From assembly GCA_963793385.1 (NCBI GenBank), contig CAWCAF010000016.1, positions 33,164 to 97,163 on the forward strand: a DNA stretch of 64,000 nt, read 5' to 3'. Numbering within the stretch: the first letter of the stretch is position 1; each line of letters begins with the position of its first letter. The notes under the pieces are model-generated. The model was not told the DNA's origin, ran no database searches, and was given only the letters and a program-made list of their open reading frames with translations. Below are positions 42,663 to 53,618 of the stretch, piece by piece. The DNA comes from an uncultured Acidimicrobiales bacterium (GTDB taxonomy: Bacteria > Actinomycetota > Acidimicrobiia > Acidimicrobiales > SZUA-35). Position numbers and translations under genes: made by a program.

Positions 42663-43573
42663 GTGACGATGATTCCGGCATCGCACCGGATCGCGGCCAG
42701 GGTCTCCGAACTCGTGCAGCAGCGGCGGCCATTCGTCCAGGCGACCGTGGTGCGGGCCCAGTGTCCCACCTCGGTCCGCCCCGGTGACGGCGCCGTCGTG
42801 CTGGCCGACGGTTCGATCGAAGGGTTCATCGGAGGTCAATGCGCCGAGGGGTCGGTCCGGACCGCAGCCCTCGGTGTCCTCGAGTCCGGAGAGTCGCTGC
42901 TGCTCCGGATCCTGCCCGAGGACGCGGATGAGTTTCCGGCCACGCCGGGGGCCCTGACCACGGTCAACCCGTGCCTCTCGGGCGGTGCGCTGGAGGTCTA
43001 CCTCGAGCCGATGATCCCGGCCTTCTCGCTCAGCGTCGTGGGCCAGACCCCGATCGCCGACGCGCTCGTCCACCTCGGCGGGTCATTGGGGTACGCGGTC
43101 GAAGCTCACACCGATGGGCTCACCATCTCCGAGCAGACCCCGGCGGCGGTGATCGTGGCCAGTCACGGGCGTCACGAGAACGAGACGATCCGCGCCGCGC
43201 TCGACGCCGGGGTCGGCTTCATCGGTCTTGTCGCCAGCCGCCAACGAGGTGCTGCGGTCCTCGACGAGCTCGACCTCAACGACGACGAGCGCGGCGCCGT
43301 ACGTTCGCCGGTCGGTATCTGGATCGGCGCCAGAACCGCAGAGGAGATCGCTCTGTCGATCCTGGCCGAGGTCGTGAAGGCGGTCAGGCTCGAAGGTCTC
43401 GAACCACCGAAGGAGGTCGGGCCACCCGACCCGAGACGGCGATCGATCCCGTCTGCCAGATGACCGTCACCGTGCACGCCGACACCCCCCACCTGCTGCA
43501 CGCAGGTGTCGACTACTGGTTCTGCAATCCCGGATGCCGAACCCGGTATGCCGAAGAAGTGGGAGTGGCCTAG
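42663..43573 (+). CDS. XdhC/CoxF-like maturation factor with C-terminal YHS (TRASH) metal-binding domain (join requires one frame change near ~43400-43430)
   Basis: XdhC part: 'FVQATVVRAQCPTSVRPGDGAVV..GSIEGFIGGQC...LSVVGQTPIADAL...IGLVASRQRG'. YHS part in another frame: 'DPVCQMTVTVHADTPHLLHAGVDYWFCNPGCRTRY' (~43445-43573). There is no start codon just upstream of it in that frame. Confidence 0.7.
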
Positions 43574-43575
43574 GA

Positions 43576-44509
43576 GTGACCTCCTACCTCTCTCTGACCG
43601 AGTTGACCACCCGGCTCGACGCCGCCGACTATCTCGTCGACGACGGCTTGGCGATGGCGCTGTTCCTGACCCAGTCCGTCGGCCAGCCGCTCCTGCTCGA
43701 AGGCGAGCCGGGCGTCGGGAAGACGTCGGCAGCCAAGGCGCTCGCCGTCGCGCTGGACACACCGCTCATCCGGCTCCAGTGCTACGAAGGGATCACGGCA
43801 TCCGAGGCTCTCTACGAGTGGAACTATCCCCACCAGCTGCTCAGCATCAGAGCCGCCGAGGCCGGTCGCAGGCCACCTGTCCGACGATGACCTCTTCTCC
43901 GAGTCGTTCCTGTTGGACCGGCCCCTGCTCAAGGCGATTCGCCATCCAGGGCCCTCACGACCGGTCCTCCTGATCGATGAGATCGACCGGGCCGACGACG
44001 AGTTCGAGGCGCTGCTGTTCGAGTTCCTGGCCGAAGCATCGGTCACGATTCCCGAACTCGGCACGTTCCGGGCTTCGACACCGCCGGTCGTCGTCCTCAC
44101 CTCGAACCGCAGCCGCGAACTGCACGACGCTCTGAAACGACGCTGCTACTACCACTGGATCGACTACCCCACCGTCGATCGGGCGGCCGAGATCGTCCGC
44201 CGCAACGTCCCCGGGGGCGCCGAACAGCTCGTTCACGCCGCCACCAATTTCATCGCCAGAGTGCGCCATCTCGAACTCGACAAACCTCCGGGACTGGCCG
44301 AAGCGATCGACTGGGTCTCGGCGCTGCATGCGTTGGGCGTGACCGAACTCGATCGCACGCTGGGCGCCGCAACCATCGGGGCGATCGCCAAGAGCCCGGA
44401 TGACCTCGAAACGATTGCAGCTGGCCTTCTCGTCCGACAGCGAGGTGGCCTGACGTGTTCGCCCACCACGAAGTGCAGGTCGCCCAGGGCGCAGTCCTCG
44501 TCGGCTTGA
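43576..44509 (+). CDS. MoxR-like AAA+ ATPase (CoxD-like; at least one frame break near ~43880)
   Basis: 'LLLEGEPGVGKTSAAKALA' is the Walker A motif, 'VLLIDEIDRADDEFEALLFEFL' is Walker B, and 'VVVLTSNRSRELHDALKRRC' follows. GTG start at 43576. Confidence 0.8.
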
Positions 44510-44579
44510 CCGGGATGGTCGCCTGGATGCTGACCACGTGGGGCGCCGTTCGCCGAAACATCACCAACAAGGGAGAAAC

Positions 44580-45239
44580 ATGAAACTGGAGAACGAATTC
44601 ACGGTGAAGGTGCCGATCGACCGGGCGTGGGAAGTGCTCACCGACATTCCCGAGATCGCCCCGTGCCTGCCCGGCGCCCGACTGACCGGACAGGACGGCA
44701 ACGTCTACAGCGGCAAGGTGAAGATCAAGGTGGGCCCGGTGACCGCCGAGTACGCCGGCACCGCCGACTTCACCGAACTCGACCAGGTGAACAAACACGT
44801 GGTGATCAACGCCAAGGGCCGCGACTCGAGGGGATCGGGCAACGCCTCGGCTCTGATCACCGCGGACATGGTCGCCGTGGGCGACGAGACCAGGGTCAGG
44901 ATCGACACGGATCTGAAGATCGCCGGCAAGGTGGCCCAGTTCGGCAAGGGCGTGATCGGTGATGTCTCCAAGAAGCTGATCGATCAGTTCGTCGCCTGCA
45001 TCGAGGCAAAGCTCGAACACGACGGTGAGGAGGTCGTCGAGGTCGCCGCTGCAGCGGAGCCGGCAGCCGAGGGGGCAGCTCCGGCACCGGTCACGCGCCA
45101 GTTCGCCCAGCCGGACGAGGAGATGGAGGCCCTCGATCTCATGGACGCCGCCGGTGGTGCGGTGGCCAAACGCATGATCCCGGCCGCCGTCGCTGCCCTC
45201 GTCGTACTGATCGTGATCTACCTGATCCGGCGGCGCTAG
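44580..45239 (+). CDS. coxG: CoxG-family SRPBCC protein with C-terminal membrane anchor
   Basis: Intact ORF with 'MKLENEFTVKVPIDRAWEVLTDIPEIAPCLPGARL...GKVKIKVGPVTAEYAGTA...KIAGKVAQFGKGVIGDVSKKLIDQF'. The hydrophobic tail is 'AAVAALVVLIVIYLI'. The RBS is 'GGGAGA'. Confidence 0.85.
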   Translation: MKLENEFTVKVPIDRAWEVLTDIPEIAPCLPGARLTGQDGNVYSGKVKIKVGPVTAEYAGTADFTELDQVNKHVVINAKGRDSRGSGNASALITADMVAVGDETRVRIDTDLKIAGKVAQFGKGVIGDVSKKLIDQFVACIEAKLEHDGEEVVEVAAAAEPAAEGAAPAPVTRQFAQPDEEMEALDLMDAAGGAVAKRMIPAAVAALVVLIVIYLIRRR

Positions 45240-45244
45240 CGGCG

Positions 45245-46445
45245 GTGCTCTTCACCGGTGTCGACCGAGCGGTCTTCGGCGCCTCGTTCGCCGATCGGCT
45301 GCGGCGGGCGGGACTGCCGGTCCCGCTGAGCTCCACGCATCGCTTTCTGCACGGACTGGAAACCGTCGGTCCGCTCTCCAAGCACGAGTTGTACTGGCTC
45401 GGTCGGATCAGCCTGGTGTCCCGTCATCAGGACCTCGCGCTGTACGACCGTGTCTTCGCCGCAGTTTTCGACGTCACCCTGGAGGAGATGAAGAACCCAC
45501 GATCGAGGCGGGCGGTGCCGGCGCCGCCCCCGAGGTCCGATGACGTCCTCGCCTCGGTGCGGATACCGCGAGGTGGACGAATCGAGCACCGGTGGCGGGC
45601 TCCCGTGGGTCACACTTCCCTCCGCAAGCGTCGACGACGACAGACCGACGACGACACCCACACCGTGCTGCCCGAACGCCTGCCCGCCTCTTTGGCCGCC
45701 GACGTGGACACACCCTTCGACCTGCTCGACCCCGACCAACTCCACCAGGTCGAAGCGGTGCTCACTCGTGCCCTGCACGAGTGGCCGGTCCGATCGAGCC
45801 GGCGTCGCCAAGCCTGGCCGTCGGGTTCGAGAGTGGAACTACGGGCCACGCTGAGGGCGGCGCAACGAACCGGCGGGGAAGCCGTTCGTCGTGCACAGGA
45901 CCCGGCAGCGGACACGGGCCCGGAAGGTGGTGGTGCTCGTCGACGTCAGCGGATCGATGCAAACCTTCGTACGCCCGTATCTGCACCTCACCCGGGCGCT
46001 CGTCATGGCCGGACGGGCCGAGGTCTTCGCCTTCGCCACCGACCTCACCCGGATCACGGCTTCGCTGCGGTTGCGATCTCCCGCCGAGGCGATCGACCGG
46101 GCCAGCGCCGAGGTGGGCGACCGGTTCGGGGGCACCCGACTCGCCACCAACATCAGGCAGCTGCTCAACCATCGACGATGGGGAACCCTGGTGCGAGGAG
46201 CGATCGTCGTGATCGCCTCCGACGGCTGGGACACCGATCCTCCCGCAGAGCTCGACCGGCAGATGCTGAAGCTGGCCCGCCGAGCGCATCGGGTCGTGTG
46301 GCTCAATCCCCGCAGCGCTGCACCGGGCTACGAGCCCCTGGTCGGATCGATGTCGGCGGCACTGCCCCACTGCAGCGTGCTTCCTTTCGGGACACAGTCT
46401 GCGCGCCATGGCCGAGGTGATCGACGCGATCTGCGACGATCGTGA
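45245..46445 (+). CDS. VWA-domain protein (CoxE-like); 1-2 frame breaks; 3' end uncertain
   Basis: 'KVVVLVDVSGSMQTFVRPYLHL...FAFATDLTRIT...GGTRLATNI...VVIASDGWDTDPP...VVWLNP' shows a VWA domain with a MIDAS-like DxSxS motif. Confidence 0.75.
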
Positions 46446-46491
46446 CTCCACTCGACGCCGGCTGATTGCGGCTGCCGGCCTGATCAACCGG

Positions 46492-47193
46492 TCAGTCGCC
46501 CACGTTGGTGACGAGCCACCGCTCGAGCGGAGCGAACCGCTCGAGATGGTCGGCACACCACGGAACGAACTTCTCCGACGTGATCAGATCGGGAACGGGG
46601 ACTTCGACGCTCATGTGGAACCCGTCGCGCTGGAGCAGCTCGACGCGAGGATGGTCGGCGGGAAAGCCACGCGGGACCGCCGCCCGTCGAGGTTCGCTGA
46701 TCACCGAACCTCGCACGGAGTTCTGCACCTCGTCGATGATCGCGTCCAGCTCCTCACCTGTGGCAGCGTCGATCACAGCGTGCCGGTACCGGTCGAGGCG
46801 TGCACCGGTCAGAACGAACACACCGGCCCCGAGCACAACCGATTCCGGTGCGATCCTCAGAATGAATCCCGGGCTCGACCGTGAGGACTCGCCCTCCCAG
46901 AAGACCGCGTCGAGGTAGGTGTGATACGGCGTCTTGTCCTCGGTGAACCGAAGGTCACGGTTTATGCGAAACATAGAGCCGCCGATCTTGGGTTCGGAAC
47001 GAATCGACGGATTGATCCGGGTTCGCAGTTCGTCGCCGAGCGTCACGACCAGCGATTTCATCGGAATCGCCACCTGCTTCTCATAGATTCTGCGATTGTC
47101 CGCGAAGTAGGACTTGCTGTTGTCACTGGCGAGCCCACGGAGAAATCCGAGCGCCTGAGGGCCGAAGCCGTCGAAGGAGTCGGACTCAGCCAT
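46492..47193 (-). CDS. DUF2461 (TIGR02453) family protein
   Basis: From the ATG (complement 47191-47193): 'FDGFGPQALGFLRGLASDNSKSYFADNRRIYEKQV...MFRINRDLRFTEDKTPYHTYL'. Confidence 0.8.
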   Translation of the reverse strand: MAESDSFDGFGPQALGFLRGLASDNSKSYFADNRRIYEKQVAIPMKSLVVTLGDELRTRINPSIRSEPKIGGSMFRINRDLRFTEDKTPYHTYLDAVFWEGESSRSSPGFILRIAPESVVLGAGVFVLTGARLDRYRHAVIDAATGEELDAIIDEVQNSVRGSVISEPRRAAVPRGFPADHPRVELLQRDGFHMSVEVPVPDLITSEKFVPWCADHLERFAPLERWLVTNVGD

Positions 47194-47418
47194 CGCCGAA
47201 CCTCCGCTTGGTTCCCTCGACGAGCTCACCACGAGTGAGGATGGGCGACAGCCACACCCCACACGTCAGCACAATCGTGTTGACGGTCCTCTACAAATGC
47301 CATCATCCCTCCGCTCCGGGTTGCTGCACGACCATTCTCTCACGTCGACGACCGTAAAAGAAAGCCTGTACCAGCGAGCAAGCGATGTTTGCGTGTCTCT
47401 CAGCCGCATTCTGCGGCA

Positions 47419-48482
47419 TCAGCAGATGCGCGGGAGCAGCTCGCCGAGCGGCAGGTCGACGACCCGGGACGCGCCGAAGGGCGTCCGGGCCACCACCACG
47501 CCGGGATGCTCGTCGACCACCGTGCCGATGGCGCAGGCGCGCATGCCCGTGCGCGTGACCCCGCATCGCGGCCAGCACCGCGTCGACTGCATCGGGCGCA
47601 ACGAACGCGACCAGCTTGCCCTCGTTGGCGATGCTGCATCGGGTCGAGCCCGAGCAACGAACACGCGGCGCGGACCTCGGCCGGGATCGGCAGGAGCGTC
47701 TCGTCGAACTCGATGCCCACGTGCGACGCCGCCGCGATTTCGCACAGCGACGCCGCCACTCCCGCCGCGGGTCGGGTCGCGCAGCACGTGCACGTCGGAG
47801 TGGGCGTCGAGCATCGTCGGCCACCAGGCCGTGGAGCGGCGCGGAGTCGGATGCGAGCTCGGTTCCGAACTCGAGCCCCTCGCGTTCGGACAGCACCGCG
47901 ATGCCGTGCACGCCGATGGCGCCGCTCACGATGACCACGTCACCCGGGGTGGCCCGGTCCGGCGAGATGTCGACGCCCTCGGGGATCACACCGACGCCGG
48001 CGGTGTTGACGTACATGCCGTCGGCGGCGCCCCGGTCGACCACCTTGGTGTCGCCGGTGACGATCGTGACGCCGGCCGCCCGGGCGGCCCGAGCCATGTC
48101 GTCGACGACCCGTCCCAGCACCGCCATCTCCAGACCCTCTTCGAGGATGAAGGCGCAACTCAGTGCGAGCGGCTGGGCGCCGCTCATCGCCAGATCGTTG
48201 ACCGTGCCGTTGACCGCCAGATCGCCGATGTAGCCGCCGGGGAAGAAGAGCGGGCGCACGACGTAGGAGTCGGTGGAGAACGCCAGCCGTCCCTCGGGCG
48301 GGGTCGAGGACCGGCCGAGTCGTCGGAGACCGCGCGTCGACGCGGCGCACCGAAGGCGGGGAGGAAGAGGTGCTCGATCAGCTCGGCGGACAGCCTCCGC
48401 CGCCGCCGTGGCCGAGGACGATGCGGTCGTAGTCGCGGAGCGGCAGCGGGCAGACCCAGTCCGAGAAGTCCGGGCCCGTCAT
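47419..48482 (-). CDS. hypE: [NiFe]-hydrogenase maturation protein HypE (at least 3 frame breaks)
   Basis: N-terminus '[29 protein letters not shown]'. Middle '[38 protein letters not shown]...VTGDTKVV...[11 protein letters not shown]'. C-terminus 'GELLPRIC*' shows the PRIC end, with its stop at 47419-47421. Confidence 0.88.
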
Positions 48483-49595
48483 ACGACGACCGGCGTACCT
48501 TCCGAGCCGGCGGTACTGGTAGTAGGCGGCGCAGGCACCCTCGCTGGACACCATGGTGGCGCCCAGCGGCGTGCGTGGCGTGCACTCCTCGCCGAACGCC
48601 GCGCACTCGTCGGGCTTGATCAGTCCCTGGAGCACCTCGCCGCTCCGGCACAGGTCCGACTCGGGAGCGTCGACATCGGCCACGTCGAACCGGTGCTCGG
48701 CGTCGAAGCTGCGGTAACGCCGGCGCCAGCCGCCAGCCGCTCGCCGGGATCTCCCCGATGCCGCGCCAGTGCCGGTCGCACAGCTCGAACACCTCGGCGA
48801 GCATGTCCTGGGCCGGTCGATTGCCCTCGCTCGGACACGACCCGCGGGTAGGCGTTCTCCAGCGTCGGCCTCGCCCCGCTCCAGCTGCACGCACCGCCCG
48901 GCGGATGCCGTCGAGCACGTCGAGCGGTTCGAACCCGGTGACGACGATCGGCACCCGGTACTTCTCGACCAGCGGCTCGTACTGCCAGGTGCCCATCACC
49001 GTGCAGACGTGACCGGCGGCCAGGAACGCGTCGACCCGGCTGTTCGGGCGACGCCGGCGATCGCCTCGATCGCCGGCGGCACCAGCACGTGGCTGACCAG
49101 CACCGAGAAGTTGTCCAGTCCTCGCTCGTCGGCCAGGTGCACCGCCATGGCGTTGGCCGGCGCCGTCGTCTCGAAGCCGATGGCGAAGAACACGACCTGC
49201 CGGTCGGGGTTCTTCTCCGCCACGATCGACGGCGTCGAGCGGCGAGTAGACGACCCGCACGTCGCCGCCCTCGGCTTCTCACACCGGAACAGGTCGCCGG
49301 CTGACCCCGGCACCCGCAGCATGTCGCCGAACGAGCAGAAGATCACCTCGGGCCGGGCGGCGATCTCGAGCGCCTTGTCGATCATCTCCAGCGGCGTCAC
49401 GCAGACCGGGCAGCCGGGACCGTGGATCAGCTCGACCCGTTCGGGCAGCAGCTGGTCGATGCCGTTGCGGATGATCGCGTGGGTCTGCCCGCCGCAGACC
49501 TCCATGATCGCCCACGGCCGGGTCGTGATCCGCTCGATCTCGGCGAGCAGGCTGCCGGCCAGCTCCGGGTCGTTGAACTCGTCGAGGTACTTCAC
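48483..49595 (-). CDS. hypD: [NiFe]-hydrogenase maturation protein HypD (at least 3 frame breaks; 3' boundary approximate)
   Basis: '[20 protein letters not shown]...[14 protein letters not shown]...[14 protein letters not shown]...[11 protein letters not shown]...GHVCTVMG...IVVTGFEP...[14 protein letters not shown]'. The GTG start at 49595 overlaps the hypC stop (GTGA). Confidence 0.85.
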
Positions 49596-49881
49596 GGCCC
49601 GGTCGTTCCGCTCCCGGTCCGGTCGATGTGACCGGTGGCGTCCGAGCTCGTCGTCGAGGACACCGAGCTCGACGGAACAGTCCGAGGGTCTCCAGCGCCG
49701 ACGCCTCGTCGATCCTGGAGATGGCGAAGCCGACGTGGACGATGGCGTAGTCGCCGATCTCGACGTCGGGCAGGTAGGCGAGGCAGACCTCCTTGCGGAT
49801 CCCACCGAAGTCGATCGTCGCCATGGGGGTGCCGCGGTCCTGTCGGATCTCGAGGATCCGGCCCGGTACGGCAAGACACAT
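49592..49881 (-). CDS. hypC: [NiFe]-hydrogenase maturation chaperone HypC (1-2 frame breaks)
   Basis: '[59 protein letters not shown]' shows the N-terminal MCxxxP motif. The RBS 'AGGAGG' is followed by the hypF stop and then the ATG at 49881. Confidence 0.85.
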
Positions 49882-49883
49882 GG

Positions 49884-52229
49884 TCAGTCCTCCTGCCGGT
49901 TCGACGGTGAGCGGCGATGAACGCCTGCCCGAGGGCGAGGCCGCCGTCGTTGGGGGGCACGAGTCGATGGGTGAGCACGTCGAATCCGCGGCCTCGAGAG
50001 CAGCGGTGCAGAGCCGGAGGAGCAGTGCGTTCTGGAAGCACGCCGCCGGTCAGGGCCACCGCTGTCGAGCTGCGGGGTGCGGCACCGCTGGGCGGCCTCG
50101 ACGATGACCGCGTCGGCCACCGCGCAGTGGAAGCCGCGGCCAGCCGGGCTCGCACGGTGGCCGCCGGCGCCGTTCGGCCACGCTCGGGCGATCGCCCGAC
50201 GATCGGGCTCGGGTCGAATCGGTCACCGTGCCAAGTCGAATGTCAGTCGGACCGGCTGGCTCGTGCCGGCCGGCGGCGAGGTTCTCGAGCTCGATCGCCG
50301 CCTGGGCCTCGTAGGTGATCTCGTGGCGCAGACCCAGGAGCGAGGCGACGGCGTCGAAGAGGCGACCCATGCTCGAGGTCGGCACGCAGTCGAGCCCCCG
50401 GTCGAGCTGGTGGCGCAGGACGTCGCGTTCGTCGGCGTCGAGTCTCCCGGACCGGCGGCAGACCGGCGGACCAGCGAGACGCCGGCGGCGTACAGGTGGG
50501 CGAGCGCCATCCGGCACGGGTGGTGCGACGGCGCCGTCGCCGCCCGGGCAGCGGGACGGGCGCGAGCCATGCGGCCCGCTGGAACGAGCGGCCGCTCGGC
50601 GACCAGCACCTCGCCGCCCCAGATCGTGCCGTCGGCGCCGTAGCCGGTGCCGTCGAAGGACGAACCCCGATCACCTCGGTGTCGGGATCGAGCCCGTGCT
50701 CGGCCATCACCGAGGCGACGATGGGCGTGGTGGTGCTGCACCTCGATCGACCGTCGCGGCCATCGTGCTGCCGGGCCCACCGGGACGGCGGCGTAGCCCG
50801 GGTGGGCGTCGGCGGCGACGACGTCGGGCTCGACGTGGTAGAGGTCGACGAACGGCTCGTCGCCGAGTCCTCGAACGCCCGCAGCGTCGCGAGGTTCTCC
50901 ATGTCGCCGATGTGCTGGCTGACCCAGGCGTGGCCGCCGGCGGCCAGGCAGAAGGTGTTCTTGAGCTCGCCGCCGACCGCCAGACCGATCGCGGGCCGAC
51001 GGCGAACGGAGTGCGACCGGGAGCGGCGCGTAGCCGCGGGACTCGGCGGATCGGGCAGGCAGACGGCCGTCGACCACCCGCACCACCGAGTCGTCGCAGG
51101 GCACGTGGATCGGGCGGTCGTGGGTCGAGGAGTCCGTCGGCGATCGAGCCGAGCGCGTCGCAGGGCGTCGTCGTCGCGGTAGCACGATCGGTTCGCCGCC
51201 CAGGTTGCCGCTGGTCATCACCAGCGGCACCCGGTGTCGCTGGCCGGCGAACAGCAGGTGGTGGATCGGCGTGTAGGGCAGCATGACCCCGATCAGCGGG
51301 TTGCCGGGAGCGACGCGCGGCCGGAAGGACGGATGCCGGCCCGAGCTGCAGCGAGCACGATCGGATGGGCGGGCGCGCAGGAGCAGGTCGGCCTCGCCGA
51401 TGTCGATACGGGCCAGGCGGCGAGCGCCGCTCGAGGTCGGCGACCATGACCGCGAACGGCTTGTCGGGCCGGTGCTTGCGCCTCCGCAGCTCGCTGCACG
51501 GCGGCATCGTTGGTGGCGTCGCACGCCAGGTGGTAGCCGCCGACCCCCTTGATGGCGACGATCCCGCCGCTCGTCAGATCGGCGGCGGCCAGCCGGATCG
51601 GATCTCCGTCCACCGTCAGCCCGTCGGTCGGTCGTAGACGAGCGAGGGGCCGCACGCCCGGCAGGCGATCGGCTGGGCGTGGTAGCGACGGTCGAGCGGG
51701 TCGGCGTACTCCGCGTCGCACGCCGCGCACATGGGGAAGCCGGCCATGGTGGTCGCCGGCCGGTCGTAGGGCAAGCCGGTGATGATCGTGAACCGAGGCC
51801 CGCAGTTGGTGCAGGTGATGAACGGGTGGCGGAACCGCCGGTCGGCGGGGTCGAACAGTTCGGCGACACATCGATCGCACACCGCCGCGTCGGGCGGGAC
51901 GATCGTTCGTGGTCCGCTGTCCTGGCGACTGTCGACGATCTTGAACGAACCGTGGCCGCCCGCGAGTGCGATCGCTGTGCCGCCACGCCTCGAGCTTCGC
52001 CTGATCTCATCGACGCTGGGCGAGGGGCGGCGCATCGGTGCGGAGCCGCGTCGATGAACTCATCGACCGCCGGTGCCGCACCCGCCACCGAGATGAAGAC
52101 CTCGGTGGCACTGTTGCCCACCTCACCGGACAGTCCCAAGGCCGCTGCGAGTCGGTACACGAACGGTCGAAAACCCACGCCCTGGACAATGCCTGTGACC
52201 CTTAGGTCTTCGGATACGAGCGTGGACAT
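49884..52229 (-). CDS. hypF: Carbamoyltransferase HypF (many frame breaks, roughly 8 or more)
   Basis: Acylphosphatase domain: '[20 protein letters not shown]'. Zinc fingers: '[30 protein letters not shown]...[28 protein letters not shown]'. YrdC-like part: '[16 protein letters not shown]'. Kae1-like C-terminal part: '[16 protein letters not shown]' and '[13 protein letters not shown]'. The C-terminus reads '[12 protein letters not shown]'. Confidence 0.88.
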
Positions 52230-52758
52230 CACACGACCCCGACCCATTCGGTTGTGATGCATCGCCTGAACCCGGTCCATCGCCTCGGCCACGACATCGC
52301 TCAGCGGAGCGCCGTGGTCGGTCTGCGCGATCTCGATCAGGAACACCGTGACCTCGTCGGGGTAGTCGTCCCCGAGGAGCCAGTCGACCGAGGGACAGCA
52401 CCTGGTCCCAGCGGAGCCGATGGGTGTCGAACGCCGCCGGCGCCGTGCGACCCTCCAGTTCCTCGCCCGGCACCCGGAGGATGGTTCCCGGCGGCTGCCC
52501 GTGGAGGCTGCATCCACGATGATGACCCGGCGCGCCCCTCTCATGCTCGGTGGCCACTCCCACGCCGTCCGTGCCGCCGTCGATGAGTTCGATCCCGCTC
52601 GGGATCGGTTCCGAGGCCAGCCGCTCGATCAACATCGGACCGACACCGTCGTCACCTCGAAGCGAATTCCCACAACCGATGACGACGAGATCTCGCGAGC
52701 CCCGCCGCGGGTTCGCGGCCGCAGACCGTTCGAATGGTCGGTCCTCGTCTCGGTGCAT
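52229..52758 (-). CDS. Hydrogenase maturation endopeptidase (HyaD/HupD/HoxM family; about 2 frame breaks)
   Basis: 'DLVVIGCGNSLRGDDGVGPMLIERL...IELIDGGTDG', then 'RRVIIVDAA', then 'FDTHRLRWDQVL' and 'VTVFLIEIAQTDHGAPLSDVVAEAMDRV'. The proposed stop TGA (52229-52231) overlaps the hypF ATG. Confidence 0.75.
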
Positions 52759-52934
52759 TCGGTGACTCTCCCTTCTGGCAGTGTCGCACACCTTCGTCTT
52801 AGATTCTGCGGCCGAAATCGGATCGTTACGACAAGCAGCCTCACCCGATGCGGTTGGAATTTCTCGTTCAGCACCTGTGCAGCACGACGGCACAGCGTCC
52901 CGGCTCATCATCACCCCGGCAATACACTGAACCG

Positions 52935-53618
52935 GTGACGCGTGCGGAAAAGGCGATCCGGATCGGCGAGATCCTCGATGACCTGTTCCCCAACCCCCGT
53001 GTGCCTCTCGATCATCGTGACGCTTACACGCTGCTGGTCGCCGTGACCCTATCCGCCCAGACCACGGACAAGAAGGTCAACGAGGTGACGCCAGGGCTGT
53101 TTGCAGTGGCCGACACCCCGGAGAAGATGAGCCGGCTGGCCCCCGACGACATCCGCGAACTGATCCGGGAGATCGGACTCGCTCCGACAAAGGCCAAGAA
53201 CCTCTCGAAGATGGCTTTCCAGATCCTCGACGCGGGAGGGGAGGTCCTTCCCGACTGGGACTTCCTCGAATCCCTGGCCGGCGTCGGCCACAAGACCGCC
53301 AGCGTGGTCATGGCGAGCGCCTTCGGCGTCCCGGCGTTCCCGGTCGACACCCACATTCATCGGCTGGCGGCCCGGTGGGGGCTGTCCAACGGATCCACGG
53401 TCGAGAGGACCGAGAAGGACCTCAAAGCCGTCTTTGCCAGGGACACCTGGAACGATCGACACCTGCAGATCATCTACTTCGGGCGTGAGTACTGCCCGGC
53501 CCGCCACCACGATTTCACCGCATGCCCGATCTGCTCGTGGGCAGCGACGAAGAAGCTGATCGCCGCCGAGTCGAAGACGTCGCCGACCACCGGCCGCTCG
53601 GGAACTCCGCCGGTGTGA
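52935..53618 (+). CDS. nth: Endonuclease III (DNA glycosylase/AP lyase)
   Basis: 'YTLLVAVTLSAQTTDKKVNEVTPGLF...LAGVGHKTASVVM...PVDTHIHRLAARWGL', with the [4Fe-4S] loop 'CPARHHDFTACPIC'. GTG start proposed at 52935. Confidence 0.88.
   Translation: MTRAEKAIRIGEILDDLFPNPRVPLDHRDAYTLLVAVTLSAQTTDKKVNEVTPGLFAVADTPEKMSRLAPDDIRELIREIGLAPTKAKNLSKMAFQILDAGGEVLPDWDFLESLAGVGHKTASVVMASAFGVPAFPVDTHIHRLAARWGLSNGSTVERTEKDLKAVFARDTWNDRHLQIIYFGREYCPARHHDFTACPICSWAATKKLIAAESKTSPTTGRSGTPPV

Noticed and set aside
47403-47417. Short hairpins downstream of operon ends as intrinsic terminators. Examples are GCCGCA-TTC-TGCGGC after hypE, CCCGGG-CTCAT-CCCGGG at 56268-56284 after hypB, and GCCGGC...GCCGGC at 46457-46479.
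   Set aside because: The stems are only 6 bp, lack a following U-tract, and are of a kind expected by chance in DNA this GC-rich. They are not reported as features.
48378-48890. Apparent in-frame HypD-HypE fusion, and similar missing stops at endopeptidase/hypF and hypC/hypD.
   Set aside because: These coincide with nearby frame breaks. In the alternative frames the usual overlapping stop/start signals (GTGA, TGATG) are present, so the read-through is best explained by the same indels that disrupt the genes.
48920-48940. tRNA-like T-loop string 'GGTTCGAACCC'.
   Set aside because: It lies inside the hypD coding sequence, and no acceptor, anticodon or D-arm complementarity could be found around it.
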